From: Balanoglossus misakiensis
Lineage: Eukaryota; Animalia; Hemichordata
Assembly (NCBI GenBank): GCA_040954595.2
Contig: CM082594.2
Span: forward strand, 8,945,612-9,009,611
Reading direction: 5' to 3'
DNA: 64,000 nt
The position numbers and the translations under genes were made by a program. The notes beneath the pieces were generated by a model, which made no database searches, was not told the origin of the DNA, and saw only the letters and a list, made by a program, of their open reading frames with translations. Below are positions 41,701-53,131 of the stretch, one piece after another. How positions within the stretch are numbered: position 1 is the first letter of the stretch; the number at the start of each line of letters is the position of its first letter.

Positions 41701-44700
41701 GATGTAAACCCTGCTGTTGCAGTGACAGTTTCATCCAGGGATGTTGTAGATTCTACTCCTTCTGTTGCTGTTAACACATCTGCTGTTGATGGCTGCTCAG
41801 TTGATGTAAACCCTGCTGTTGAAGTGACAGTTTCATCCAGGGATGTTGTAGATTCTACTCCTTCTGTTGATGTCAACACACCTGCTGTTGATTGCTGTTC
41901 AGTTGATGTAAACAAATCTGCTGTTGATGGCTGCTCAGTTGATGTAAACCCTGCTGTTGCAGTGACAGTTTCATCCAGGGATGTTGTAGATTCTACTCCT
42001 TCTGTTGCTGTTAACACATCTGCTGTTGACGGCTGCTCAGTTGATGTAAACCCTGCTGTTGCAGTGACAGTTTCATCCAGGGATGTTGTAGATTCTACTC
42101 CTTCTGTTGCTGTTAACACATCTGCTGTTGATGGCTGCTCAGTTGATGTAAACCCTGCTGTTGAAGTGACAGTTTCATCCAGGGATGTTGTAGATTCTAC
42201 TCCTTCTGTTGATGTAAACACATCTGCTGTTGACGGCTGTTCAGTTGGTGTAAACACATCTGCTGTTGATGGCTGTTCAGGTGATGTAAACACATCTGAT
42301 GTTGATGGCTGCTCAGTTGATGTAAACACATCTGCTGTTGATGGCTGCTCAGAAGATGTAAACCTTGCTGTTGCAGTGACAGTTTCATCCTTGGATGTTG
42401 TTGATTCTACTCCTTCTGTTGATGTCAACACACCTGCAGTTGATGGCTGCTCAGAAGATGTAAACCTTGCAGTTGCAGTGACAGTTTCATCCAGGGATGT
42501 TGTTGATTCTACTCCTTCTGTTGATGTCAACACATCTGCTGTTGATTGCTGTTCAGTTGATGTAAAAACCTCTGCTGTTGACGGTTGCTCAGTTGATGTA
42601 AACCTTGCTGTTGCAGTGACAGTTTCATCCAGGGATGTTGTAGATTCTACTCCTTCTGTTGATGTTAACACACCTGCTGTTGATGGCTGCTCAGTTGATG
42701 TAAACCTTGCTGTTGCAGTGACAGTTTCATCCAGGGATGTTGTAGATTCTACTCCTTCTGTTGCTGTTAACACATCTGCTGTTGATGGCTGCTCAGTTGA
42801 TGTAAACCTTGCTGTTGCAGTGACAGTTTCATCCTGGGATGTTGTTGATTCCACTCCTTCTGTTGATGTTAACACACCTGCTGTTGATTGCTGCTCAGTT
42901 GATGTAAACCTTGCTGTTGCAGTGACAGTTTCATCCTGGGATGTTGTTGATTCCACTCCTTCTGTTGATGTTAACACACCTGCTGTTGATGGCTGCTCAG
43001 CTGATGTAAACCTTGCTGTTGCAGTGACAGTTTCATCCTGGGATGTTGTTGATTGTACTCCTTCTGTTGATGTTAACACACCTGCTGTTGATTGCTGCTC
43101 AGTTGATGTAAACCTTGCTGTTGCAGTGACAGTTTCATCCTGGGATGTTGTTGATTCCACTCCTTCTGTTGATGTTAACACACCTGCTGTTGATGGCTGC
43201 TCAGCTGATGTAAACCTTGCTGTTGCAGTGACAGTTTCATCCTTGGATGTTGTTGATTCTACTCCTTCTGTTGATGTAAACACACCTGCTGTTGATTGCT
43301 GTTCAGCTGATGTAAATCTTGCTGTTGCAGTGACAGTTTCTTCCACAGATGTTGTTGATACATGTAGCATGGTAGTTTCCATTGCTGGTGTGCTACTTTT
43401 TAACGACACTTGTTCATCTGTTACTGTATCTGTAGTTAGTGTCTTGATTCCTGTTATCACTGTAGATTCCAAACTTTCATACTCTGCAGTTGTGATAGCT
43501 TGTGTTTCAGTAATTTTGTACTCCATATTTGTAGTCGGTATTGCACTTATTGTACTGGCATGAGTATCAGTTTGAGTTGAAGTATCACTTGCACTATTGT
43601 TGTGAAAGTGTGTAGAAAGGATTTCAGATGTCACAATGGCATCTCCTGTGCTCACTTCTGGCACTACCGACCTCTCCTGTGTGGTATGACTCATTTGATC
43701 ACTTTCTGTAGTATTATAGAATGCACTTGTAGACGTCGCATAGTGCGATGTCTTGTCCACCCTGGACAGTTCTGTTGAAGTTGGTGCATCCGTTGTGCGA
43801 AATAAATCTTCAGTTGTGTGTTCTGTAGTTTTGTTTTTCAACGTTGACAATATTTCTGATGTTTCTGCTCTGTCTGTGGTTGTATGCCAATCCACAGTCT
43901 GTGACGATGAAGTAACTGTGTTTGTTGGGTTTTCTGTAGTCTCCATATTGGTTGTTGTTTCTTCTGTAGTCTGATCATCTTCTGTGTAATTTTCTGTTGT
44001 GCTATCAAGCATCTCAGTTGTTGATTCGTCTGTAGTGGAGCTTGCCTCGGTTGTTGTTTGTACGGTGTGCAAAAAGGTCGTCGGGATTGTGCTTTGTTCA
44101 GTTCTGACAGAATATATGTACGTTGTTTCAACAAAATCATCCTCTATTGTCTCTTCTGTTGCAGTGTAAAAGTTAACAGTACTGGAGTGTTCGGTTGATT
44201 GTGAAATTTTTTCAGTAGTTTGAAAGTAGATAGTTGTTTTATCTTTAGAGTCAGCTGTGCTTTCATTTACAGCAGTGACATATTGAGTATTATTGGGTAG
44301 AAACCCCACCAAAAATAGTAAAATTATAGTGCACAAACTGTCACTCCACCTCCAGTGGTGACTTTTTCTAAAGAAAAATATGACTATTGATAAATATAAT
44401 GAGTTATTAAGCACTGGGCAATAAGAAACATTTTCCAAAATTGTAAATGACGATGTCTTGCCTCTTTGTGAGTATTTCAAGCGCTTGGAGTCGTACAAAG
44501 GCCTCTTTACATCCTGCTGTGAACTGTGGCTTTGTCCTCCCTTGTGGAATATTATACTGTAAATATCTGAAAAAAGAAACCAATAAAACCAAGATTTTTA
44601 TTTTTGAACAGCGCTCGTACAAGTAAAAAAACCCATAGAGGTTCGGTATCACTTAAACATTAAAGTGAAAGATGTCTATGGCATTTGGTCACAAACAAGC

Positions 44701-47700
44701 AATTACATGCAATTAAAGCCAAACCTTCTTATTGAGATTCCTGTGACAGATGAACATCTTAAGTTGTTCTTGACACTTTGCTTAAAAGAGTAAGGCTTTG
44801 TGTGTGCAATATATCTAAAACAAATAATGTTACAGTAGAAGGACAGTGTAATACAATACTGTCAAACATTACAGCGGCATAAAAACACTTTGACCAGTTT
44901 TGGCAACACCCACTGTCTCAACAATGTATTGTCAGAGAAATGTGGCTATGTGGCTAGAAGATCACAGAAAAGATAACTAGACATTCTTTTTCAGTTGAAA
45001 TGGACATGTTCCAGATATCACACTGTATATTCCAGATATAACAATATATAACAACTGTTGCTCTGGTGTCTATTTTGCACAGCGCGCAGGTTAAGTCACG
45101 CCCCACGACAAATACTTGGGCATGAATTCTGTCAAAATACCACTGGGGGCGCTATTTTAACCCCCCCCCCCCCCTTTAAAATCGATGGTTTGCACGAAAC
45201 CTTAACACTCATCACTGCACACTGACCTTGCTTTGATTGGTGTGAGTCAATGGAGCTTGGGTCGCCGAATGTTATCAAATAGGAATATTGAGTTAAACGT
45301 TACCACTGTTGCCTCTAGATTCCTGGGCCACATATGCGGTTGCTGGGAGGGGCCCATCGGTTGGCAACGCGCGTACGTCCACGTGCACATTGAAATCGAC
45401 TTGCACTTGTGTCGGTATGTCCTGACTGTCCATCGAGAAGTATTCCGTATTCAGAGATGACAGCCTCACCGAGTTTGTTTCTAACATAACTCATCGTTCA
45501 TCAATGTTATCTTCTCTACGAATGAGAACGAAGATCACCAAAGCGATGTTCAGACGAGCATGACGACGGAGACATTTGTTGTCCAGCGGTACAGCATGGA
45601 CTCGCAAACTGTTGTTGAGGTTGCAATGTACCTTACCAACATCTTGAAAGATGCTCCTTGACATTGTCATCCATGTCTACCAGACCGGACCATCCGAAAA
45701 AGACCTGTGTACCTTTGTTCATATATCATATTTTCAATGTCTGTCCAGGCCAAAGGTTACCTCGGGCCACCGCCATTGTTCTGACACCCTAAGTCAATAA
45801 CTATAAATCTGTATGAGACTACCCAATATAAGTAAAAGGCACTCCTAATCATATGGCCCTATAGATCTTCATCACTGACTTTATGAACAGACAATCTTCG
45901 TAGAAACTTACATATAATGCCATGATGGTTTTTAGAAAGTTTTAAAATGGAGAATGTGTTCCTAAGGTTCCTACTCTGAATATAATATTTTTTGTACACG
46001 CCGATATCCACCAAAAGCCAACAGTGTTTTTGAACTATCTGTACTGTCTCCACATTCCCTTTCTCAAACATAGGTGTGGACGTGTACCGAATTCTTTCGC
46101 CGCCAACAGATATTACCTATTATTACGCAGGTGTTACTTCTACATTTCGAAACATTGTTGAGCTCTGTCGTTTATTTTCCCTGTGTACACCTTTGCTTTG
46201 ATAATTACGTCACGAAAGGGAGTGTTGCACAAATAGTGTTGGTTTGGAAACTACCACTTTGGGCACTGTGTGGATTAACTTTGATCGTTGGCAGAATTTT
46301 TCAAATTCCTTTGAGTGTAGAACCATGGACAGTCAACTCAGTTGCCAAGATCACATAATCCGTGTACCATTTGAAATAGTGAATTCGAAATGGCATAACC
46401 TGACAGAATAGGACCTACAACGAAATTTTCCCATTTTTTTCAGTTTCGACTTCGTTCTCCTGAATTCGCTGATTTTCTTTTATTCTTGTTTTTTTTAAAA
46501 ACTCAACTGTAACGTTGATTGTAGGCAAAATACACTTCCAATAAAGTTCTCACTTTTTCCTCTTCCCATTTTAAAGAAAATCCAATCATTCCAAATAATG
46601 TACATTCTACAGGTGAAATGACGCCATTTTGTTTATTTAGCCTTTGGGTCTCTGCCGCCGGAAGCATCAACAATCGGCAGATATGTCCAGAACAAAGAGA
46701 AATGCAACCGACACTGTAACAAATGTAAGTAGAAGAAGTCATTCGACTTTGGTGTTATCCCACCCTGAAAGTAAATAACTGGCGGGAGTTGTTCTTTTGG
46801 ACAATACTTAGTGAATACAAGATACATGTATATACTTGCTACAGGCTGAGTTTTGCATCACCACGACTTTTAAGCGGAATACCAGCAGGCAATACCAATA
46901 CAACTTGAAATGAGTACATTTGTATTTATAAAACTTGAACCAATATTATAATTGACACACCATCTGTCACGTATTTAAAGATGAGGCATATAGCACTGTT
47001 GACAATTACACTGTACTAGTTCAGGTGCGTCCCTTCTCTGAATTCAAGTTGTAACGTTTGGCTCCTGGCAAAACGGAGCAGCAATGGGCCTAGGTGGATG
47101 AGAGTGGGTGGGTGGGTAAGGGGGTTTCGATTACCACTGTGCAACGGGACCACAACTACATACAGATCACCTTGTTTTCTTTTGTACAGCCATTGTCAAA
47201 TTTAAGATGGTGGATAAGAAAGCCGGACACCTTCTTATCTTGTAGCTCTGAAGTTCCCTTTCTTTATGCAAAGCGCGGTGGACTTAACAAACACAAACGA
47301 ACATAATTACTCCATTAATACGTATACAAATTGAGAGAAATCCTGTTTTCTCTCGTCAGAGGCGGTGGCGACATAGAACGTGGTGCCACAGACGTATTTT
47401 ATAAATATGCGTCGACGGCTGTCCAATTTAGAGCTAGTTGCCCCTAATGCATGCACAACTTGCAGCGCCAGCTTAGAAAGTGACACAACCAGTCTCAGGT
47501 CATGATTCAGGGTTTAACTTTTACACATACACCTTCGTGCGAGGATGGGAGAACAGAAAACAATCTTCTGCTTTTAGACCCCCCCCCCTCCCACACACAC
47601 ATACACGCATGCCTTTACCTTTCATGTTGGTCTAACCCACACAACGTACTTTTGGAATACAATTTGCGCTTTCATACCTGTGTTCACTGACGTAAGACTT

Positions 47701-48376
47701 TCATGCACTTTAAGTATAATCTTCCAAGAGCTACTTAGTCAACTCATTCCACACGTTAGATGGTTATTGAACTTGAAGTGGATGATTGTTTAGCAGAAGT
47801 GGTGACAACCAGAATTCTCCAAATTCAAGCCTCTAGTACAATACATGTAAGGGATTACCACTTTCATGGCTTTTTACTAGACCGCGTGGACTATATATTT
47901 GGAAGGGCAATCAATATTGTGTTGGTACGTATGTCCGAATGGGAAAAGAATCAGATTTTACAAACGGCAACAGAAAATGTTCTTCTACTTTCCACAATTA
48001 GACAAAAAATGGATCGTATTCACATAGAAGATCATGTACTAGCGAATACGTGTCGACACGTATTATGGGCGTATACCAGATTCTCCTAAGTGGCTTTCTA
48101 TCAGCCTTATTGCCACAATGAATTTATCATTAATTATGTTTACACTTTCCACGGGCAAACAGTGCAAATGTCAACAGAATCAGGATTTCTCCATTATGCC
48201 TTGGTCTAATACAACCCGACCTACAAAAGACCATCTTTGCAATTTGCTAGTCTTTGTTTCTAGGTTTTGAGAGGCCGACAGGACTTACGCAATACATGTA
48301 AAAAAATGAAGAAACCAGAACTTAAAAGCACGAGTATCACCAGTTGTACATTCTGCAGAGTGTCCCATGGGCGCAT
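175..48376 (-). CDS. MUC4-like giant mucin (signal peptide - PTS repeats - EGF x10 - NIDO - AMOP - VWD - EGF/cbEGF array); multi-exon, 3' end beyond the left window edge
   Basis: Consecutive GT-AG exons on the minus strand encode DI(D/N)EC...C...C cbEGF units, NIDO ([36 protein letters not shown]), AMOP (CLNWY...CPC, QRCCY, YFCC), and VWD ([21 protein letters not shown]). NIDO-AMOP-VWD after a PTS region is the MUC4 architecture. The exon-1 assignment is less certain than the rest. Confidence 0.9.
5204..5523. repeat. Intronic (CATA)n microsatellite, ~320 bp, with a few TATA variants and one CCCCGGGG interruption
   Basis: Directly visible; it generates the spurious MYVC/HTYI ORFs. Confidence 0.98.
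6072..8308 (-). CDS. Mucin gene: VWD domain (GDPH autocleavage motif) plus following Cys-containing and beta-rich exons
   Basis: [26 protein letters not shown] (8103-8308), [16 protein letters not shown] and FGQT (7350-7656), [10 protein letters not shown] (6859-7117), NYPP...DVEG (6519-6671), GTFVWTP...CQCQNNGTC (6072-6252). GD/PH is the known autoproteolytic site of MUC4-type VWD domains. Confidence 0.85.
8509..10487 (-). CDS. Mucin gene: NIDO and AMOP domain exons
   Basis: Translations [10 protein letters not shown]...[24 protein letters not shown]...[34 protein letters not shown]...[16 protein letters not shown]...[18 protein letters not shown]...CEMYEEKRP. Confidence 0.85.
10608..13206 (-). 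CDS. Mucin gene: ten single-EGF/cbEGF exons between the PTS and NIDO regions
   Basis: Exons near 13102-13206, 12834-12956, 12569-12688, 12261-12383, 11961-12071, 11693-11803, 11468-11578, 11122-11263, 10881-10994 and 10608-10730, each with six-Cys EGF spacing and phase-1 junctions (boundaries approximate). Confidence 0.85.
13370..44566 (-). CDS. Giant PTS/mucin exon (up to 31,197 bp, ~10,400 codons, phase 1-1)
   Basis: Frame is open from the acceptor at 44566 to the donor G|GTAAGA at 13370/13369 and includes track ORF 13323..44498. The first ~300 nt may contain small introns, so the true exon start could be as low as ~44255. Confidence 0.85.
13975..43345 (-). repeat. Coding tandem-repeat array built from a 36-nt module (e.g. 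[12 protein letters not shown]) and a 66-nt module ([22 protein letters not shown]), giving mainly 102-, 138- and 174-nt units
   Basis: Measured periods: 102 nt (15121 to 15223) and 174 nt (21601 to 21775). All length variation is in frame. Confidence 0.97.
48289..48376 (-). CDS. Putative first coding exon of the mucin, signal-peptide-like [29 protein letters not shown]
   Basis: ATG at 48376, 29 codons with a hydrophobic core, then a strong phase-1 donor C|GTAAGT (intron starts 48288). Phase 1 matches the acceptor TTTTTTCAG| at 44567/44566, which leads in frame into the giant ORF. Not in the ORF track. Confidence 0.55.
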
Positions 48377-49113
48377 CACTAAAGCTTGGTGTCGTATTGT
48401 ACACAGAAAAGCAACACGTAGTACACAAAGAGGAAAGAAATGCGGACCAGTTGACCGTCGACTTGGTGTTGGCCCATTCGCTGCAGTATGACCTCAGGCT
48501 GACATCGCAATGATAAATTTCGAAAACAGGATCACCCTCCACACAGTGTTCTCCCCAAAGCAATGGGAAACTCATTAGCAGAACAGTTATTTGAATTGTT
48601 ATGCAAAATAACCACTACTTTATCAGAGATTCCTGGGGGACGCTATACCTGTTAACCGAACAAGGGGATTAACTATGAACAAATTGGAGAGAGTCCATTT
48701 TCTGACTGCCTGCTGAATAACGGGTGACGACGTCAAAAGTTCATTGTCTGATAAAAACCATAATTTGCCAACATTCCCCAACCCTCCAACTCCCATAAAA
48801 TTTAACTGATTTATATTGAACTGACTTCAAGTCTCCTTCAGTTTCAAATAAAGCAAATTATGACCCAGTCAGGGTTTTAATTGAATATAGAAAACATTAA
48901 ATCTAACATGAGATTACATCATGCGTCAGTACAGGTGAATTTTCCTGCACACAGAGGTTCAAAGAAAAACACATTTCAGATTTTAAAAAATCAAATTTTC
49001 GATTTTGACTTGCATTTGGTTAATCGTCGGAATTGATTACACGCGGAACTGAACACGAATGATCATGACGCAATTACGGTATAAAGGCTGGTGCGATGCT
49101 CGCTGGCTTCAAA

Positions 49114-49220
49114 TCACGTGACCGTAAAAACAACGTCTTTTGTCAAGGGAGAAGACATTGGGCATTGCCGAACGCAGTTGAATAACCGAGATTATCCTTG
49201 TTTACAGTGAGGTCACGTGA
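49114..49220. promoter_or_regulatory. Pair of extended E-boxes (TCACGTGAC 49114-49122; GTCACGTGA 49212-49220) ~750-850 bp upstream of the putative mucin exon 1
   Basis: Motifs seen directly and match the USF/MiT-TFE GTCACGTGA consensus. Function is untested. Confidence 0.3.
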
Positions 49221-51010
49221 GTTATAATTTCGTTTGTTTATCGCAAACTTGAAGTGACCCACCAACCCACGGTAGCGTTCAACCACGTCCAGCAGATTCT
49301 CCATTCATTCAGAAGTCAGAGCGCGCGGGCGCTTAGTGAACTTTTAGAATAAAGGTTTTCATCCTGATTTTGCAGTCGTTATATTAAAAAGTGAGGCAAG
49401 ACACTAAGGCGAAGTCAGTCCAACCTTGTGTATGTATATTGTACAGTTGATTTACAGTGTTAAGTTGGCGTAGAAAACTTCAAAGTAATTAAAATTCAAT
49501 TTTACGCATAAATCATTTTTCGCGATAATGAACTGAAAGTGGTGATTTCTGCAAAACTGATTTGCTATGGCATTAAAGTGTGTTTTTAAAATAATATAGG
49601 ATGAGGAGAAATTGCAAACCATATGCTACCTATACAGTGCTCACCTGTTGCCGATCCCGACGTGTATCCCTGGGGTGTGGTCGTCAAATTTTCGAAAATC
49701 GTCGACATATCCGCGAATTGATCAGTGCGGATGAAATTACAGTGTCTCTGAGTATGTCCTTTCGGGTTAACCGAATAATTGTTTCTTTTTGTAGATATTT
49801 TTCCTACACTTGTAAACTTGGTACAGCTTGAGATGATCAGTGCAATAATCAAGGCCGTGCACACCGGAGCAAAGTAAATTATCTTTGCCATTCTGCCACA
49901 GAATGAATGAATTTTTTCCACGTGAGATGAGTTGACGCTACTAGGATTTCAAATTCGTTGTTTCGTATCCCGGCGATGGACCTGGATAAATTTGAGAGAT
50001 GAGCACTCCAGTTTTATACGCTCGAACCGAGACATTCTCCTCCAAGACGGGCGACCCCAAGTGAAAGTGAAGCGTCGAGCTCACTTATTTGAGTAGACTG
50101 GTGTTCTTTCTGGGTTACGTAAGGATATGCGTAACGAGGATAAACCCTGCGCCAAGTGGGTGTAGCTTTGCGCGAAAAAGTTACTCTGTGAGAAAGCCTG
50201 TGGGCCAATTGAAAGAAGCCTAACAAAGGTGTTCTCGCCGCGATAGGCTGAGACAATTAGCAGCATGGGTCTTGGATGAGTTTGGGTGTTGTCTGTATCG
50301 TCGCAGTTCTCTCGCCAATAAGCCGCACTATTTTCTTCTCGGCTGGATTCAAAGTTTCCTTTAGTTTTCGAACTTTGAAAACTTCTCTGAAAATTGCAAA
50401 GCGAAAAAATCGCTTCTGCCATTTCATATGAATGTCAAATATTCAGCGAAGTCATCTTCATCCAGCCATTTTGTAATTTGTGAAGTTCTCTATTAAAGGG
50501 ACACTTTGCCAATACATTTGCTCCATGGAACTAGGTGGTCTCGCTGTAACACGTGTAATTATAGGAGCTCATCCGGGGACTCATCCATAGGCGTATACCA
50601 AGAATGCATGGGATTACAACGTGTTTTCTTTGTTACTATGGGGGAATTACTTGGTGGAATAGACTTCGGATGCTAATCGGTGCATGGGATTCTGCGTGGT
50701 CCACGACAAGAGTATTATCACAAGAGTAAATACTGGAACGGCCATCATAGGCAGATCGATACGGTCAAGGGGAAGGTTTCGGGGGAGGGGGGGAGGCAAA
50801 CCCAGGCTTTGTGCCGACACTTATAGGGCTGGATACACGAAGAAGCAGTTCCGAATGCATACGAATTTTGCCTATTTGCTCCTTGTAACTGACACGTGTG
50901 CCATTATGCAAACAATTGTCTATATGCCAAAAACAATATGCTTCAGACATGAATGCAACAGAAGACAATAATATTTCCTAGGTATGCAGCTGAACACTAT
51001 GCAAAGTATG

Positions 51011-51016
51011 TTTATT
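51011..51016 (-). terminator. Polyadenylation signal AATAAA of EctC-like paralog A
   Basis: TTTATT on the + strand, ~130 nt past the stop codon. Confidence 0.55.
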
Positions 51017-51145
51017 TTCCAATACTACCATTATTAACATGACAATGCTGTATACGGATATAATACCATTCTTCTTTCATTTCTAAGACCTTGTGTTTTC
51101 TCTCAAGAAGGGGAGGGGGCGTTCATAGCCCTTTAACAGTCATGG

Positions 51146-51895
51146 TTATTCAGGAAGTTCATATGAGGAATATCCCTCACTCCATACATGTCTCTCCAAT
51201 CCTGTTATAGTCGGAGAGAAAACGCATATGCATAAACTAGTCTCTGCTGCCACAGCTTCGTGTTTATCGTGTTGGTCCATAATGTAAGCGGTTCCATTGA
51301 CATGAGATTCAACCGCTTTAGCGCCCTCATCCCATTCATACGTCACCTTCCCAGCGAAGTAGTAAGCGGACTCTAAGTGGTTCAGGTAGACCATTCTGGA
51401 GCTTGTTCCGCCCCTGACAAGGGTGTTTGTCAAGCTCACGGGGAACCCGTCTGATTTCAGCAGGAAACGCCGACTGTCCCCGGAGCCCCAGTCGACGCTT
51501 CTCTCGGTGCCGATGATTTCCGACAGGGACCGACAGACAACACGGTCTTCTTCTGGCTTGATATCTTTGCAGTATACCACATACACGCGAATGCGTGACT
51601 CCACCAATAACTTGGCTGAGATGCCAGAAGAAAACGCCATCATTTGATCCGCATCCACTTTGATCGACTGACCACCAGGAATCTGCACACTACCTGTGCC
51701 TGATATGCAGTAATACATGTGATTCAACTTTTCCACTTCCGACGATTTCAGGTTGACAGTTTCGCCAGCCTCGATGAAGACCTCATAGGCTGTATGATTC
51801 ATGTTGTCAGCCTCTGCTACCAATTCTTTACCCTTCAATTCTGTGTTTGGAAGGACAGTGGTGGCAGACACCTCTTCAGAATGACGCGTAATCAT
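51146..51895 (-). CDS. ectC-like: Ectoine synthase (EctC)-like tandem double-cupin protein, paralog A (249 aa), CDS intronless
   Basis: C-half RSLSEIIGTER.VDWG.G.SRRFLLKSDG...YLNHLESAYY...GTAYIMDQHDKH...CVFSPTITGLERH matches recalled EctC motifs (YxNHLE, GTxYxLDxHDxH, CVFNPPxTGxExH). N-half MITR...EAGE...YYCISGTGSV is a degenerate second copy. Start context GCCATG. Confidence 0.88.
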   Translation of the reverse strand: MITRHSEEVSATTVLPNTELKGKELVAEADNMNHTAYEVFIEAGETVNLKSSEVEKLNHMYYCISGTGSVQIPGGQSIKVDADQMMAFSSGISAKLLVESRIRVYVVYCKDIKPEEDRVVCRSLSEIIGTERSVDWGSGDSRRFLLKSDGFPVSLTNTLVRGGTSSRMVYLNHLESAYYFAGKVTYEWDEGAKAVESHVNGTAYIMDQHDKHEAVAAETSLCICVFSPTITGLERHVWSEGYSSYELPE

Positions 51896-51916
51896 GGCTA
51901 CTGGTCTTTCTGTAGT

Positions 51917-52900
51917 CTGTCAAATAATTAAAATGACTGAATCAAAAAACTAGTATATAGCCATCGCTCATTTTTTCTGGTCGTGTTTCCCGTGGCTAGT
52001 GCATGTTCATGCATGTAACAAACGAACTTATCTAAACGCATGAATGGTATACAATCCCCCTTTAAAGTTCATGGATTCGCCTGGTGCCTGGACCGTCCAG
52101 CAAGTCAGCAGAACCGCGTGTGCATTGTGTTTTCTTGGTGTGGCCCCATTAATTATAAATAAGTCACGCGAGCTACTTGGCCTACAGACTGACAGATAAG
52201 CATGCAGTCCAAAGACATCTGGTAAAATTAAGCAGTTAAAAGTGGCAGTTAACGTTCCTCGTACATTACGGAAACAGATTCAACCAATTAAAAATAGTTT
52301 GCGAACTAATCACCGATTCTTTCAAATAATTCTAATCGTGGACAAAGTGGGCGTGTCCCCAGCGCGGTAGGCGACTGGCAGCCATGGCCATACTTAACCT
52401 TTATAAGCCATCAGAACAAGTGAAACAACGGCTGTTATTAAGAGTTTTCGTGGTCGTCGTAGGTCCTTTGTGGCTCTATTGTGATGTCGTTTCATTTCAG
52501 TCCTGCCTTTTAGATCCATGGTCCTGCTAACACCACGCTCGCTCGTACCGAACCAAGTTTTATCCGGGCTATGAGCTGCGCTGATAACCTTCGGGCGGAT
52601 CGCGAAAATTACGGGCCGAAATCTACACAGGCCGAAACAACCAGTTTACCGAGGGTCCATGGTCAACTATGCGTCTCATTAAACAACCTACCTCCTGATC
52701 GGTATATTCCCAAATCCTCCTTATAAGCAATTCGCTCCGCGTAAGTACGCTGCCACAGACTATCAGATAGTTACGTCACTGACCTGGTTAACTGCCCTAA
52801 TCCTATTTGCCCAGGGACCTTGTTAGCATACTGTCAGTTGTCATTCAAAGTAGGTAGACTTAATTTTAGCCTCATTGTGAAGAGGAGAACCAAATTGTAC
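51917..52900 (-). promoter_or_regulatory. Paralog A: 5'-UTR intron (51917-52691), non-coding exon 1 and putative proximal promoter
   Basis: Acceptor TTATTTGACAG| 21 nt before the ATG; donor GAG|GTAGG at 52692/52691. Segment 52695-52895 aligns by eye with 54215-54435 of paralog B. Confidence 0.65.
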
Positions 52901-52990
52901 GTGATGTAACTTGCAAAAAATATATGATACAGGTACTGCGTGTGTGAATGAAATATTGAAGTAAAAGGCTTACTTATGATGCACTGTCAT

Positions 52991-52996
52991 TTTATT
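52991..52996 (-). terminator. Polyadenylation signal AATAAA of EctC-like paralog B
   Basis: TTTATT on the + strand, ~136 nt past the stop codon, an equivalent position to paralog A. Confidence 0.55.
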
Positions 52997-53131
52997 TTTA
53001 AGTTAACATCGTGGTAACATATTCACAAAATTTACAAGGCCAACAAGGACATGAAATGTCGGGGAGACACTTATTATGCCCTTTCGGTATCCAATGGTAT
53101 ATATGTCATCGTTTCATTTTCATGACCACTG

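Noticed and set aside
18317-42388. Many short Gln-rich minus-strand ORFs ([12 protein letters not shown]...)
   Set aside because: Alternative frame of the same repeat.
13975-43345. Possible CRISPR-like or non-coding satellite array
   Set aside because: No unique spacers and no cas genes; all variation preserves one reading frame continuous with unique flanking coding sequence.
14020-43563. Huge + strand ORFs (7,498 aa and 2,294 aa, VDVN/VDGC-rich)
   Set aside because: Antisense shadow of the mucin repeat: one stop-free shifted frame in the unit is propagated by repetition. They start at GTG, have no splice or domain context, and one sense-strand variant breaks the frame at 36514-36516.
45293-50971. 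Short ORFs between the mucin giant exon and ectC-like A (e.g. 45293-45487, 47760-48089, 49586-49921, 50081-50422)
   Set aside because: No recognisable domains or coherent exon chain; parts may be decayed repeats but this cannot be supported without a repeat library.
50493-51136. TTAAAGGG...CCCTTTAA as a TTAA-targeting transposon
   Set aside because: The inverted match stops after about 4 nt inside TTAA, and the span includes the ectC-like A 3' UTR and poly(A) signal.
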